Of a stretch of 64,000 bases of DNA, positions 1 to 11,740 are shown one piece after another. Location of the stretch: assembly GCA_028534125.1 (NCBI GenBank), contig CM052817.1, forward strand, positions 77,068,001 through 77,132,000, read 5' to 3'. How positions within the stretch are numbered: the first letter of the stretch is position 1; each line of letters starts with the position of its first letter. Source of the stretch: Lama glama (Eukaryota). The notes beneath the pieces are model-generated. The model worked only from the letters and a program-made list of their open reading frames with translations. It searched no databases and was not told where the DNA came from. The position numbers and the translations under genes were made by a program.

Positions 1-192
1 AAACAATCTTACACACAATTATGAATGAAAAATAAATTGTTCTACTTAAATCAGCAAAAATGAACATATACTATGTTCAGGAAAAGCAAATAAACGGATC
101 CGATATTTTGGGAAGTTATAAAGCTGAAAAAAGAAAAGTTATGAACAATCCTGCTGTATTTAAAGAAAACGGTGGTTTTAACAATGCTGACA

Positions 193-674
193 TAGATCGT
201 CTCTGACTTACAATGGTTCGATGTAATGATTTTTCGACTTTAAGGTGGTGTGAAAGCGATATGCATTCGGTAGAAACCACAAATTTTGAACTTTGATCTT
301 TTTCCAGGCTAGCTTATAAGGTACGATCTCGTGATGCTGGGTAGCAGGGACCACAGCCCCACCATCACCACAGTAAACAACCAATACACTTAAAGCCATT
401 CTGTCCCTACACAACCACAGAAAAATGACCATCTTTCACTTTCAGTACAACATTCAATAAGTTACATGAGCTATTCAACACTTTATTATAAAACAGGCTT
501 TGCATAGATGATTTTACCCAACTGTGGGCTAATATAAGCGTTCTGAGCACATTTAAGGTAGATGAGGCTATATGATGTTCAGTAAGTTAGCTGTTATAAA
601 TGCATTTTTGATGTACGGAATTTTCAACTCATGTTTATCTGGATGTAACCCCATGGTAAGTCCAGGAAGATCTG
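193..674 (-). mobile_element. Tigger-family (MER47/Tigger5-like) non-autonomous DNA transposon
   Basis: Inverted termini (t/c)agatcgtctctgacttacaatgg ... ccatggtaagtccaggaagatctg followed by TA; interior resembles the remembered MER47 consensus. Confidence 0.75.
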
Positions 675-1099
675 TATTTCAAAGAGAAACTCTCATTCTG
701 GATACTTGACTCTCCCTAAACCTCAGTAACTCTATAGTACAGCTTGAGAATGTTTATGATTGCTTATTATTTGCAAATAATTATTATTTGCAAATAATAG
801 AGCCAAGATTTTCTCTTTTTGTATAACTCACTAAGTATCTACCATGGTTTGTTCCAAACTGAACTGTCGTGAATGCCAACTCAAACTTTAAATGAACTAA
901 TAAGGAGTGGAGTATCAAGAAGAATTATAAACAATAAACCTATTAAATACACACTAGGTTAAAAAATACATCCTTATTCCTTCAGATTTGCCTGCCTATT
1001 GAACCCTCACATTCAAAGCTTATGTTAGCAGCATATAATTTATAGGCAGGGGAAGAGTCAAAGTAACTGTCTTCACAATGTAGGTTAAATAATAAGAGT

Positions 1100-1330
1100 T
1101 GACATTAATTGGACACTTACTATGTTCAAGTTCCTGCACTAACCACATTATCAACCATTCATTTAATACATGTTGATATTTCCCAAACTTCGTAATACAG
1201 GCATTATTATCCCATTGATAAGAGAAAAGAAGAGAAAACTGAGGCTTAGAGAGTTTAATTAACTTGCCTAAATCTATACAGGTAGTAAGTGATTAAGATC
1301 AGATCTAGGCAGGCCCTTAACCACTATGTT
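1100..1330 (-). mobile_element. MIR SINE remnant (others near 1760, 2080, 7800, 17050, 36300)
   Basis: MIR core gaaaactgaggcttagagagtttaattaacttgcctaa. Confidence 0.7.
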
Positions 1331-4300
1331 ATAGAAAAGTCTTATTTTCACCAGAATTATCCTAATAGTTATCTTCCACCATAAATTTCAGTACAGACAT
1401 TCAATTTGCCATTTCTCAAAGGCAAAGCAAAGATCTTATAGACTTCATTAACCTACAAAGCTGTATTAAACTGAAGGCTGGAATCAGACTTCAGTTAATT
1501 GCAGCTGTGCAGCCATAGAAATGTAGATTTCAGGAACTTGTCTAATTTGAGTTCAGTGACTGAATTTAACAAGTAGATTTTCACACTTTAGCACCAGCTG
1601 AATATATATAGATCTAACCTGTTGAAAAGCTGAAAAACCAAATGGAGAATAATACAGTTAAGGGGAAACCACCACTGGCCACTGAGCTGAACACCTGCCC
1701 CTGGTTATGATTTTATCACCTAGGCAAGTTTTAGTGGCGTAATTTGGCTATTATCAACGCAAACTCCAGGCTCAGACAGCTTGGGTTCAAATCCATCTTA
1801 GTAGTTTACTGTCAATTTGACCATTTGGGCAAGTTACGTAGCTTCTATAAGCTTTCTAAAATTGTTATGAGAATTAAGGGGGATAATTTTTGTAAACCAT
1901 TTATTTGGGTCTGGCTCTTCTGTTCATTTGTTCGAGAGAGAAAGGGATCAAAAGAGTATTTATTAAAGAGAAGGGGGGAAGTATTAGTTCATAAACTGCT
2001 CTTCTTGAAAATAGTAAAAATAGTTATTTGAAAACTGCTGTTCATTAACAGAAACGTTTTTTGAAGAAGTTATGTGCTTATCACGTAAGGCAAGTCACTT
2101 ACTTCTTTTGGCTCAGTTTCTCCAACTATAAAATGAAAATAACTAATACTTGCCTCAGGGCAATCATTGTTTGATGAGTAAATAAAATAATGCAATAACA
2201 GCAAATACCTGCTGTACAGGAAGTTTTGGATAAATGATGGCTATTAATATTATTATTACAAAAACAAGTACAAGAAAGGACCTCTAAAGCTCAGATGAAG
2301 GAATATGAAAAGAACGTTGGCTTTTCTCTACTACTTTCAACTGTATTTGGTCCCAGACTAGGTCACTAGGCTGTCTTCTGAGAAGAGGGTAGGGCCAGGA
2401 AGTTTAGACATGGTTCAGTGACAGTTAGACTCAGCCTGCTGAGTAAACACGAGGCTCTCTGACCTCAAGTGGTTAGATACTTCAGAGCGAGCATAGCAAT
2501 CTTCTGCCAAGGGAAAATATTGATCCATAAACAAAAATGTCACCTGAAAGAACGCCTACACTTCTGTACTTACTTTGTCGTGAAGAAAGGAAAAACAGAT
2601 GGCTGGTTTCTGAAAATTTTGAGGTGCTCACCTGAGGTTTCTGTATGAATTCCTGAATAATAACAGTCCAAAGGGATTGGAAGAAACTCCCTTCCCTCAC
2701 CCTCTGATGGATACTGTTTCCATGGCTTCCGTGCAGGCTCTGCCTACCTGCCGTCCATTTTATTCTCCTCTCTTTCTCCATCACCAACTCCACAAATGTC
2801 TAACAGGTAACTTTTCCATTGGAAAAGGAGGTGGGTGTTACAATTAAGGTAACCATTTATATGCTGAATTTACTAATTTTTTCTTAGCATTAGTAAGTAA
2901 ATTCTTTGTATTGTCACTGTTAACATCTAAATAAAGAGATACCGTGTTGTCCTGTGGGCAATGTAGACTGTGAACCAATGGACATTACACAAATTCTCCT
3001 CAGCCATTTAACAGCCCAGACCTTTGCTAGTTTCTCTCTGAATTGCACCTGGGGGTGACAATGCCACCTCGAAGTGACGTTGTGCAGGGACGTGAAAAAT
3101 GCTGTGTTGGCTACTTCATGGACACTCAACAGATAGTATGTTTTCTGTTTCATTTCTTCCCCTTTGTCTAAGCTCAAGGTTTGTTCAATATTATTACAGG
3201 GCTAACAGTTTTTTCCCTCCCAGAGCATGTTGAGTCAAGACACAGTTTCACAATCCAGACCGCAGTAGAACTGGTCAGGAAAAGTTACAGACCCTCAAGA
3301 GCTCACTAACCTTAAAAAAAAAAAAAAAAAAAAAACTCACCCAGTGTGTATGTGAAGTCCAGCAAATAATGTGAACTTAATTAAAATCTCCTCTTCTTTG
3401 GGAAGGCAGTGAACTTTCTTTGCCTTTTAAATTGGTAGACGAAGGAATTCAGACCAGATTAAAGTGTTGTCAAGCCTTTGAAACATAAAACAAATGAAAT
3501 ATTACCTCTAAGGACTAAATTGTGCTCTGATGATTTTTCAAGTTCTCTCACGGGAGTTTTAACATTTTTACTTTATTAAAAATATAAAACACTTCGGCTA
3601 TTAAATTTTCTCTATGTAGTTTTAGCTGTTGCTTAATGGCTGTATCTGTGGTAATCACCTCCATTTTCCTCTGGGTTTCAGATACCAACTGTGGCACTTA
3701 CAACACTAGTTTGGGTTGATCGCTGGGATTCCCTACGTACTGCCAACAGTGGCAGTAAGGGTTCTGCCTTTTCTTCTGGAGCACAAATTTCTAAACCAAA
3801 GTTTGCTGACCCTGAGTGTCACCCAGGTTTTAGCTCTTGTCTTTACCTTATGGGGGCTCTAATACCCAGGCTTGCCCTCTTTCCTCTAGACCCTCGTAGA
3901 ACAGTGCTGGTGTAAGGGATTCTGACTTTTTCTGAATCTTCTCCAGACCAAAATTGTCCTCTACTTTAATCTTCCTTTTAAATTCTCTTTGCATTTCAAA
4001 GAAACTGTTTCCGTGTGACCTATCCTGCTGACTTTGTCTTGGACTTTTTGTCCTTTGTTTACTTTCTTTGGCCCCGCTGTGTTTTCATTGTTGTTGTTAC
4101 CATCCTTCCAATGTATCCAGTTCATTGCTCTTACAAGCCTCTGGTACTTGCTAATCCCCCTTCAGAAAATGTCCCTTCTGTGGCTCTTCACAGGGCCAGC
4201 TCTTCAACACCTAAATCTCAGTCAAGTATCACATCCCCGGGTAAGTCTCTCTACTCCCTACCGAAAACACGTGCCATCAAACCTCCCCCTAAGTCACTCT

Positions 4301-4504
4301 CTAGCCCGTTAAATTTTTCTCGTTCCTTCGTAGCACCTACTGCTACAGGAAATGATCTTTGTCTTTTACTACGTCTATTGTCTGACTCCACACTTGGGAA
4401 GGTAAGCGCCATTAGGGCAAGAATCTTGTCACTTTTGTTGTCCCCACAAACCCTGCTGTTTGGAAGAGTGCCTGCGCATAGAGACTTCACAAATAACTTC
4501 TGGG

Positions 4505-5300
4505 TTTTTTTTTTTTCCTTCAAATATTTTATTTATTAACTTATTTATTTTGGTGGAGGTGCTGGGAATTGAACCCAGGACCTCATGCCTGCTAAGCACG
4601 CACTCTACTGTTGCCAGTAGATGCAACTGGTGTTCCAGGTTCTTGTCTGGTCCCAGTCTCAGAAAGAATTCAGAAACAAGACATAGTGGTTAAAAAAGTA
4701 AAGTGAGAATTTATTAAAGGATGGATAGTTCACTCTCAAGGGGAGAGCAGGCAGGCTCAGGTGAACAGATGCCCTGTGTTTCTTTGGCAAGTTAGTTACG
4801 CAGGGTGTAAAAGTGAATGGGTGGAATATTCATTGTGGAGGGAAGGGTTTGGGGTCGTATTCCCTGATTATCATCCCAACTCCACCTTCCCAAAGGGAGG
4901 AGGGATTTTTGTCCTTATTTAGTCTGGATAGGAAGTGTCATGGTGTCGCTGCATAATGGGTACTTCTAATCTGCAAGGCTAATTTTATTGAAATGAGGGC
5001 GTAATGAGCAAAAGGTTACATTTGTACACTGGAAATTCCTGCCTTTTCTCACCTTTCTTTGTCGGTCTCCAGGCCACTTATCACCTCGAAATGTATGACC
5101 ACTTATCAGCTCAAAGTTTCCTGCTTTTCTTTGCCCAGGGACCCCCTGGTGCTTACATAATGTATGGTTTCCTGCGTTTGGCTTGTGCCCCTCCTTTCTG
5201 CCCAATCCCTGCCATTTGATCTGTGCCCCCCTTTCTCTGCTCATATCTAGCTCTCTGCCTGCTCTAACACTACCACTGAGCCACACCCCACCCCCACCCC
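4505..5300 (-). mobile_element. tRNA-derived SINE (Vic-1-like) split by an LTR
   Basis: gggaattgaacccaggacctcatgcctgctaagcacgcactctac ... ctaccactgagccacacccc rejoins to match the intact copies at ~16.8, ~20.9 and ~40.3 kb. Confidence 0.8.
4609..5269 (-). mobile_element. Solo ERV LTR (class I-like, 661 bp)
   Basis: TGTT...AACA termini, 4-bp TSD CTAC (4605-4608 and 5270-5273), minus-strand AATAAA near 4710. Confidence 0.85.
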
Positions 5301-5339
5301 CACAAATAATTTCTTGAAGGCATAAATGAATGAATCAAT

Positions 5340-6130
5340 GACTGTCTTTATCTTCTTCCCCACTTAGCTAAATCTTACCAATTAATCAACCGATCCCATG
5401 CTCTGAGGCTGCTGCTCTCTCTTCTGAGTGAGACGACCCTCCTTCTGCCCATGGAATGTGTATCTCCTTGGCCTTTCTCTTGCCTTTTGAGATAGCCCAC
5501 ATTCTGTGGAATGTGCATCTCTCTGAACAGAGCCGCCTTCACTCTACTATGGCTCGTCTTGAATTCTTTCCTGTGCGAAGCCAAGAATCTTCATTTGATG
5601 GGGCCTACCCTGCACTTGCCTGGGAACTGGGACATGGCCATCCTCTCTCACCCCATTTTTCCTATGTCACATCCAGTCCCATTCCAATCTGGGCTGTTGA
5701 CTAACATCAAACTAAGGTAAGCCCTATGTAAAATAGGTAAGTCAAGAAGAAATCAATAAGCCCTGCACTTCTTGCTTTTCCATATTCTTCACTCTGGGCA
5801 CCCTCCCGCCCTTATAGGAGTGCGCCTTTTAAATGGGATCTTGAGTCTGCTTTCCTAGGTGTGGCGGTTTTCAGCTATTCATGCCCAGAACAACGGCTGC
5901 AGGAGTACACCCTCTGGGCTGCAAACTTTCCTCTCCCTGCAGCTCCCTTATCACAAACACTGTCTCAGGACAATCTCAGGCTCTTGGTGTTTGCCAGCAG
6001 CTGATTTGGTAAATTCCTTTGTGCTAGACTAAAAGAACCCTCAGGGTCTCTCCTCTACCTCCTGTAGTCTTAATTGTAGCTTTGTAAGGTAACCATCCAC
6101 TTTGGTGTGTCACCCAAAGGAATGAGAGAA
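5340..6130 (+). mobile_element. Older ERV LTR fragments
   Basis: R/U5-like text (gaattctttcctgtgcgaagccaagaa; aaattcctttgtgctagactaaaagaacc); boundaries approximate. Confidence 0.5.
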
Positions 6131-8435
6131 GAGGTTAACATTCAAGACCAACTAAGAAGTGAAGGTGAGTAACAGGTTGAGACAGATGCTTTTGAAGAGC
6201 AGCTTGCTCAGCAGCTCCAGTGCTTCTGGGTACGTGGCCAACAGTTTTCTCCCACAGCTTTCCGAACTGAAGAATGAAGAATCGACTCCAGCGCATTCTT
6301 CGGGGAAAAAAATAAAATGATCCATTTGATGCTTTAGATTTTCTATGGTGATTTCTAAACATCTACATTCAATGGTTCTCCCCTCGTTGTTTTCAGCCAC
6401 TTTCCCCTTGAATGCTCTCTTTGTCTCGTCCCACACCCATTTCAGTTATACTTTTTTTCTATGCAGCTTACTCAGCCTGAAATTGTTCCCCTGCTCCATT
6501 TGTATTTTCCTTGTTCCTATACATGCTCTATCACTGGGGGAGAAAAATCCCTCTTTTGAAATCTGGTGAACGTATAATGAACATACCAGCTCTGAAATTT
6601 TCCCCTCAGGCATGGAATAAAGGGAGAAACAGAAGGAAGGCAAGTGAAAGGAGCCTGGATCTCATCTCCCTCTGTGGGGCAAAGGGGAAGACAGAAACCA
6701 AGCCCTCCCTCTCTATGCAAAACCTACGAACCTTGGAGTTTTCCTCATCTCCCCTGATGGATTAGACCCTTAATTATCTGTCTCAAGTCACTAGGCTATT
6801 AAAGAATTAGTTTGCCTTTTATTTGTGCTCTACTCTATTCATATTATCATTATTAGTATCGATCATAATAAAGAAAAGCAATGAAATTACCTATATTCTT
6901 TGTTAACTTTAATCTCTAATCCATTCATTAAGTTTTTGCCATCATTAAAGTAGGGTAGTATAAAATGTCAACACGTTAAAAGATTAAGAAAACAATTGCA
7001 TCTTTTAGTTAGGCATGCAGTGGATATTTTGACATAGTAGAAGAGAAATGTAAGATTTTCTACGAAAATAATTGACTACAATATAGCTTTTTGTAGGAAC
7101 AAAATGAAATTTACAATTTCGGCTTTCTGAATCAAACAAAAGCTCTTTGAAATTTAAATCATAAAATATGTGTGGTCTGATCATAAGATTTTATCTCAAC
7201 TTTTCTAGAAAGCATGAAAAAATGCAGCTGCATTTTTTTTTTACCATAGTAACATTGCAACCACTTTGTTGAAACTAACAATCAAAGAGAAGCCTTTGTC
7301 TCTGTCTCTAAATGAAGTCTGTAGAACAGCAGCGTATTTCCTCGAGCTGTTGAGGATGGGCTTGTTGCTAAAGAGATTTGGGTTACTATTTAGTGAGGGT
7401 TAGTGAGATAATGAGGGCACAAGGGAAATCTTCAAAAAAAAAGTTGCATTTTAAGTAGACAAAGTGAACTTAGCCGGGAAGAGGCATAGACATCATAAGA
7501 CAAGAGCTGGTACAGTGTTCTAACAGCACAGTGGTGAAATGTGGTAGGAAATGAATAATGTATATAAATGTGAAATAATTCAACCCAGAGTGCCAAAACA
7601 GTTCTCAAATTTCGTCATTTAATTAAGATGTCAAATAAAAAGATCAGGAATCACTTGTTTTCTAAGAAAAATAATGATCATAAATACATAAATAGATTCT
7701 AGTAGAGAAATCACATGAGCTCTATTCTGACCGGTGGCTTAAAGGTCTGCTTGTTGTTTTGTGCCATTTTGGATAATAACAGTTCCCAACACTTGATTAA
7801 TTCCTAGCAAGGATAAATGAACTTAATATGTCCTCTCATTTAATCAATCCTGCAACCCTTGCAAGATTGATATTCATGTGAGGATACTGAGGTTTGGTGG
7901 AGTTAAGTGATATGCTGCACCATAAGAGGCGAGGCCAGGGCTTGAACCTGGATCTTCCCAGCTGACAAAGGGCTTGGGCTTCAACCACTGCCCTGAGCTG
8001 CCTCCCTCTGTGTAGGCAACTTGCAGTGAGGACATGAGATTTCTTCTGACCTTTAAACAGATGTGTACAGTACTCATGAGCTCACCAGTGAAAAACTAAA
8101 CCAAAGCAAAAATATGAGAGCACTGAGGTTCTAAAACAACCTAAACAAAGAGAACAGATTTCAGAGTCTGAGCTTTTTCTGGTTTCGTTGATTGGTGATG
8201 AGATATGGTTGAACTCATGAGCCTCTCAGAAAAACAGAGACATTTGTGGGAGAAAATATGCAAAACATGGTAATCCCTTGGACTGTTGTTCTTATAAAAT
8301 ATAGCCATCTCTCTCAGACAGCAACGATATTAGTCATGACATACACATTCTTTTTAAAATATGTCAGAGTCCATTTAAAATTCTAAAATGTGTTACTAAG
8401 CACAGAAATAGAGTAACAGATGTTATTACCAAATT

Positions 8436-8935
8436 NNNNNNNNNNNNNNNNNNNNNNNNNNNNNNNNNNNNNNNNNNNNNNNNNNNNNNNNNNNNNNNNN
8501 NNNNNNNNNNNNNNNNNNNNNNNNNNNNNNNNNNNNNNNNNNNNNNNNNNNNNNNNNNNNNNNNNNNNNNNNNNNNNNNNNNNNNNNNNNNNNNNNNNNN
8601 NNNNNNNNNNNNNNNNNNNNNNNNNNNNNNNNNNNNNNNNNNNNNNNNNNNNNNNNNNNNNNNNNNNNNNNNNNNNNNNNNNNNNNNNNNNNNNNNNNNN
8701 NNNNNNNNNNNNNNNNNNNNNNNNNNNNNNNNNNNNNNNNNNNNNNNNNNNNNNNNNNNNNNNNNNNNNNNNNNNNNNNNNNNNNNNNNNNNNNNNNNNN
8801 NNNNNNNNNNNNNNNNNNNNNNNNNNNNNNNNNNNNNNNNNNNNNNNNNNNNNNNNNNNNNNNNNNNNNNNNNNNNNNNNNNNNNNNNNNNNNNNNNNNN
8901 NNNNNNNNNNNNNNNNNNNNNNNNNNNNNNNNNNN
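8436..8935. other. Assembly gap, 500 N
   Basis: Run of N adjoining the 3' UTR of an L1. Confidence 0.99.
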
Positions 8936-9119
8936 ATCTATGAGCTGTTTTGTTTCTTTGTTTTATAGATTCCACATATAAGAGAGATCATACCAATGTT
9001 TCTCTCTCTCTGTTTGACTTATTTCACTTAGGATAATACCCTAATGGTCCATCCATGTTGTTGCAAATGGCAAGATTTCTTTTTTTCATTTTTCTGTGGC
9101 AGAATAATATTTATATGTA

Positions 9120-9190
<71 letters not shown>

Positions 9191-11740
9191 CTTCTTTATC
9201 CATTCATCTATCAATGGATGGTTGGGTTGTTCCCACATCTTAACTATTGTAAATAATGCTGCAATGAAGGTAGAGTTTTTTTTTTAACATTTTTTATTGA
9301 TTTATAATCATTTTACAATGTTGTGTCAAATTTAGAGTTGTTTATCTTTTTGAATTAGTGTTTTCATTTTCTTCAGCTAAATACCCAGAAGTGGAATTGC
9401 TAGATTGTATGTTAGTTCTATTTTTAGTTTTTTGAGGAAACTCCAAACTGTTTTCCAAAATGGCTGCATCAGTTTACATTGCTACCAACAGTGCATGAGG
9501 GTTCCCCTTTTTCCACATCCTCGTAACACTTGTTATAGCTTGCCTTTTGATAACACCCAGTCCAACAGGTGTGAGGAGATATCTCATTGTGGTTTTGATT
9601 TGCATTTTCCTGATAATTAACGATGTGGAGCATCTTTTCATGTACCTATTGGCCATCTATATGTCTTCTTTGGGAAAATGTCAATTTAGCTCTTCTGCCT
9701 ATTTTTTAATCAGTTTTTTTTTGTTTTTTTGTTTTTTGCTGTTGAGTTGTATGAGTTCTTTATGTTTTCTAGATGTTAGCTTCTTATTAGGTAGATGATT
9801 TGCAATTATTTTCTCCCTGTCAGTAGGTTGCCTTTTCATTTTGTTGATCGTTTCCTTTGCTGTGTAGAAGCTTTTTAGTGTGATGTAGTTCCACTTATTT
9901 ATTTTTGCTTTTGTTGCTTTTGCTTTTGATGCCAGATTTTTTAAAAAAAACATTATTGCCAAGATCTATGTCAAGGGGGTTATCAAGTATGTTTTATTCT
10001 AGGAGTTTTATGGTTTCAGGTCTTATGTTCATGTCATCAACCCATTTTGAGTTAATTTTTGTGATGGTATGAGATAATGATCAAGTTTCATTCTTTTGCA
10101 TATGATTGTCCAGTTTTCCTAACAACACTTATGGAAGACACTGTGCTTTCCCCATTGTATATTCTTGCTCCTTTGTCATAAGTCAATGGTCCATATATGT
10201 GTTGGTCTATCTCTGAGATCTCTATTTTGTCCCATTGTTTTATGTGTCTGGTTTTCTCCCCACCTAGTACTATATTTTTTTGATTACTGTAGCTTTGTAA
10301 TATAGTTTGAAATCAGTGTACATGATGCCTCTTGTTTTGTTCTTCTTTTTCAAGATTGCTTTGGCTATTCAGGTTTTTCTGTGATTCCATACAAATTTTA
10401 GGATTGTTTCTTCTATTTCTCTGAAAAATGTCACTGGAATTTTGATAAGGATTAGATTGAATCTATAGATTGCTTTGGGTAGTATAGACAGACATTTTAA
10501 TAATATTGATTCTTCCAATCCATGAACATGGACTATCTTTCCATTTATTTGTGTCTTCTTCAATTTCTTTCATTAATGTCTTAAAATTTTCAATATTTAG
10601 GTCTTTCACCTTTTTGGTTAAATTTATTCCTAGGAATTTTATTCTTTTATATATAATTGTAAATGGGATTTTCTTTATTTCTCTTTTTGTTAGTTTCTTA
10701 TTAGTGTACAGAAACACACCAAATTTTTGTGTATTGATTTTTTATCCTGCAACTTTACTGAATTTGTTTATTAGCTCTAACAGTTTTTTGTGGAGTGTTT
10801 AGGGTTTTGTTTTTTTTCTTAATGTATAATATTATGTTTTCTGTAAACAGTGACAGTTTTACTTCTCCCCTTCCAATTTGGATGCCTTTTATTTCTTTTC
10901 CTCAACTAATTGCTCTGGGTAGGGCTTCCAATAGTATGTTGGAAAAAATTGGTGCCAGTGGGCATCCTTGTCTTGTTTCTGATCTTAGAGGAAAGACTTT
11001 CAGCTTTTCACCATTGAGTATGATGTTAACTGTGAGCTTGTCACGTATGGTCTTTATTATCTTGAGTATGTTCCCTCTATACCTACTTTGTTAAGAGTTT
11101 TTGTTATACATGGATGTTGAATTTTGTCAAATGCTTTTTCTGTATCTATTGAGATGATCATATGATTTTATCCTCCATTTTGTTAATGTGGTATATATCA
11201 CATTGACTGCATTGCAGATGTTGAATGATCTTTGCACCTCTGGAAAAAATCCCATTTGATCACGGTGTATGAGTCTTTAAATGTATTGTTGAATTTTTCA
11301 GTTTGCTAATATTTTCTGAGGATTTTTGTACCTATGTTCATCAATAATGTTGACCTGTAGTTTTCTCTTCTTGTGTCATCCTGTCTGATGATATTGAGGT
11401 AATGCTGGCCTCATAAACTGAGTTTGAGAAGGATTGATATTAATTCTTTGAATGTTTGGTAGAATTCACCAGTGAATTTTTTGACATTTGTTTATTGGGA
11501 AGTTTTTGATTACTAATTCAATCTCCTAAGTAGTTAATCAGTCTGTTCATATTTTCTATTTCACCATGTTTTAGTCTTGGTAGGTTGCATGTTTCTAGGA
11601 ATTTATCCATTTCTTCTAAGTTATCTAGTTTGCTGACATATAATTATCATAGTATTGGTATTTCTGTGATATCAGTTGTAATATCTCCTCTTTCATTTCC
11701 AATTTTATTTAATTCAGTCTTCTCTCTTTCTTTTTGCATC
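8936..11740 (-). mobile_element. 5'-truncated LINE-1 (decayed 3' part of ORF2 plus 3' UTR)
   Basis: Minus-strand ORF fragments [53 protein letters not shown] and PKAIYRFN are L1 ORF2p peptides. Confidence 0.92.
9118..9186. repeat. (TG)n(TA)n compound microsatellite inside the L1
   Basis: read directly. Confidence 0.95.

Noticed and set aside
4015..4539. 174 aa ORF
   Set aside because: Runs through L2-like and SINE sequence with low-complexity composition; no start context or homology recognised
8364..8975. 203 aa and 182 aa ORFs
   Set aside because: Artefacts of translating through the 500-N gap
9474..11094. ORFs with reverse-transcriptase-region peptides
   Set aside because: Fragmented L1 ORF2 relics, not a functional gene
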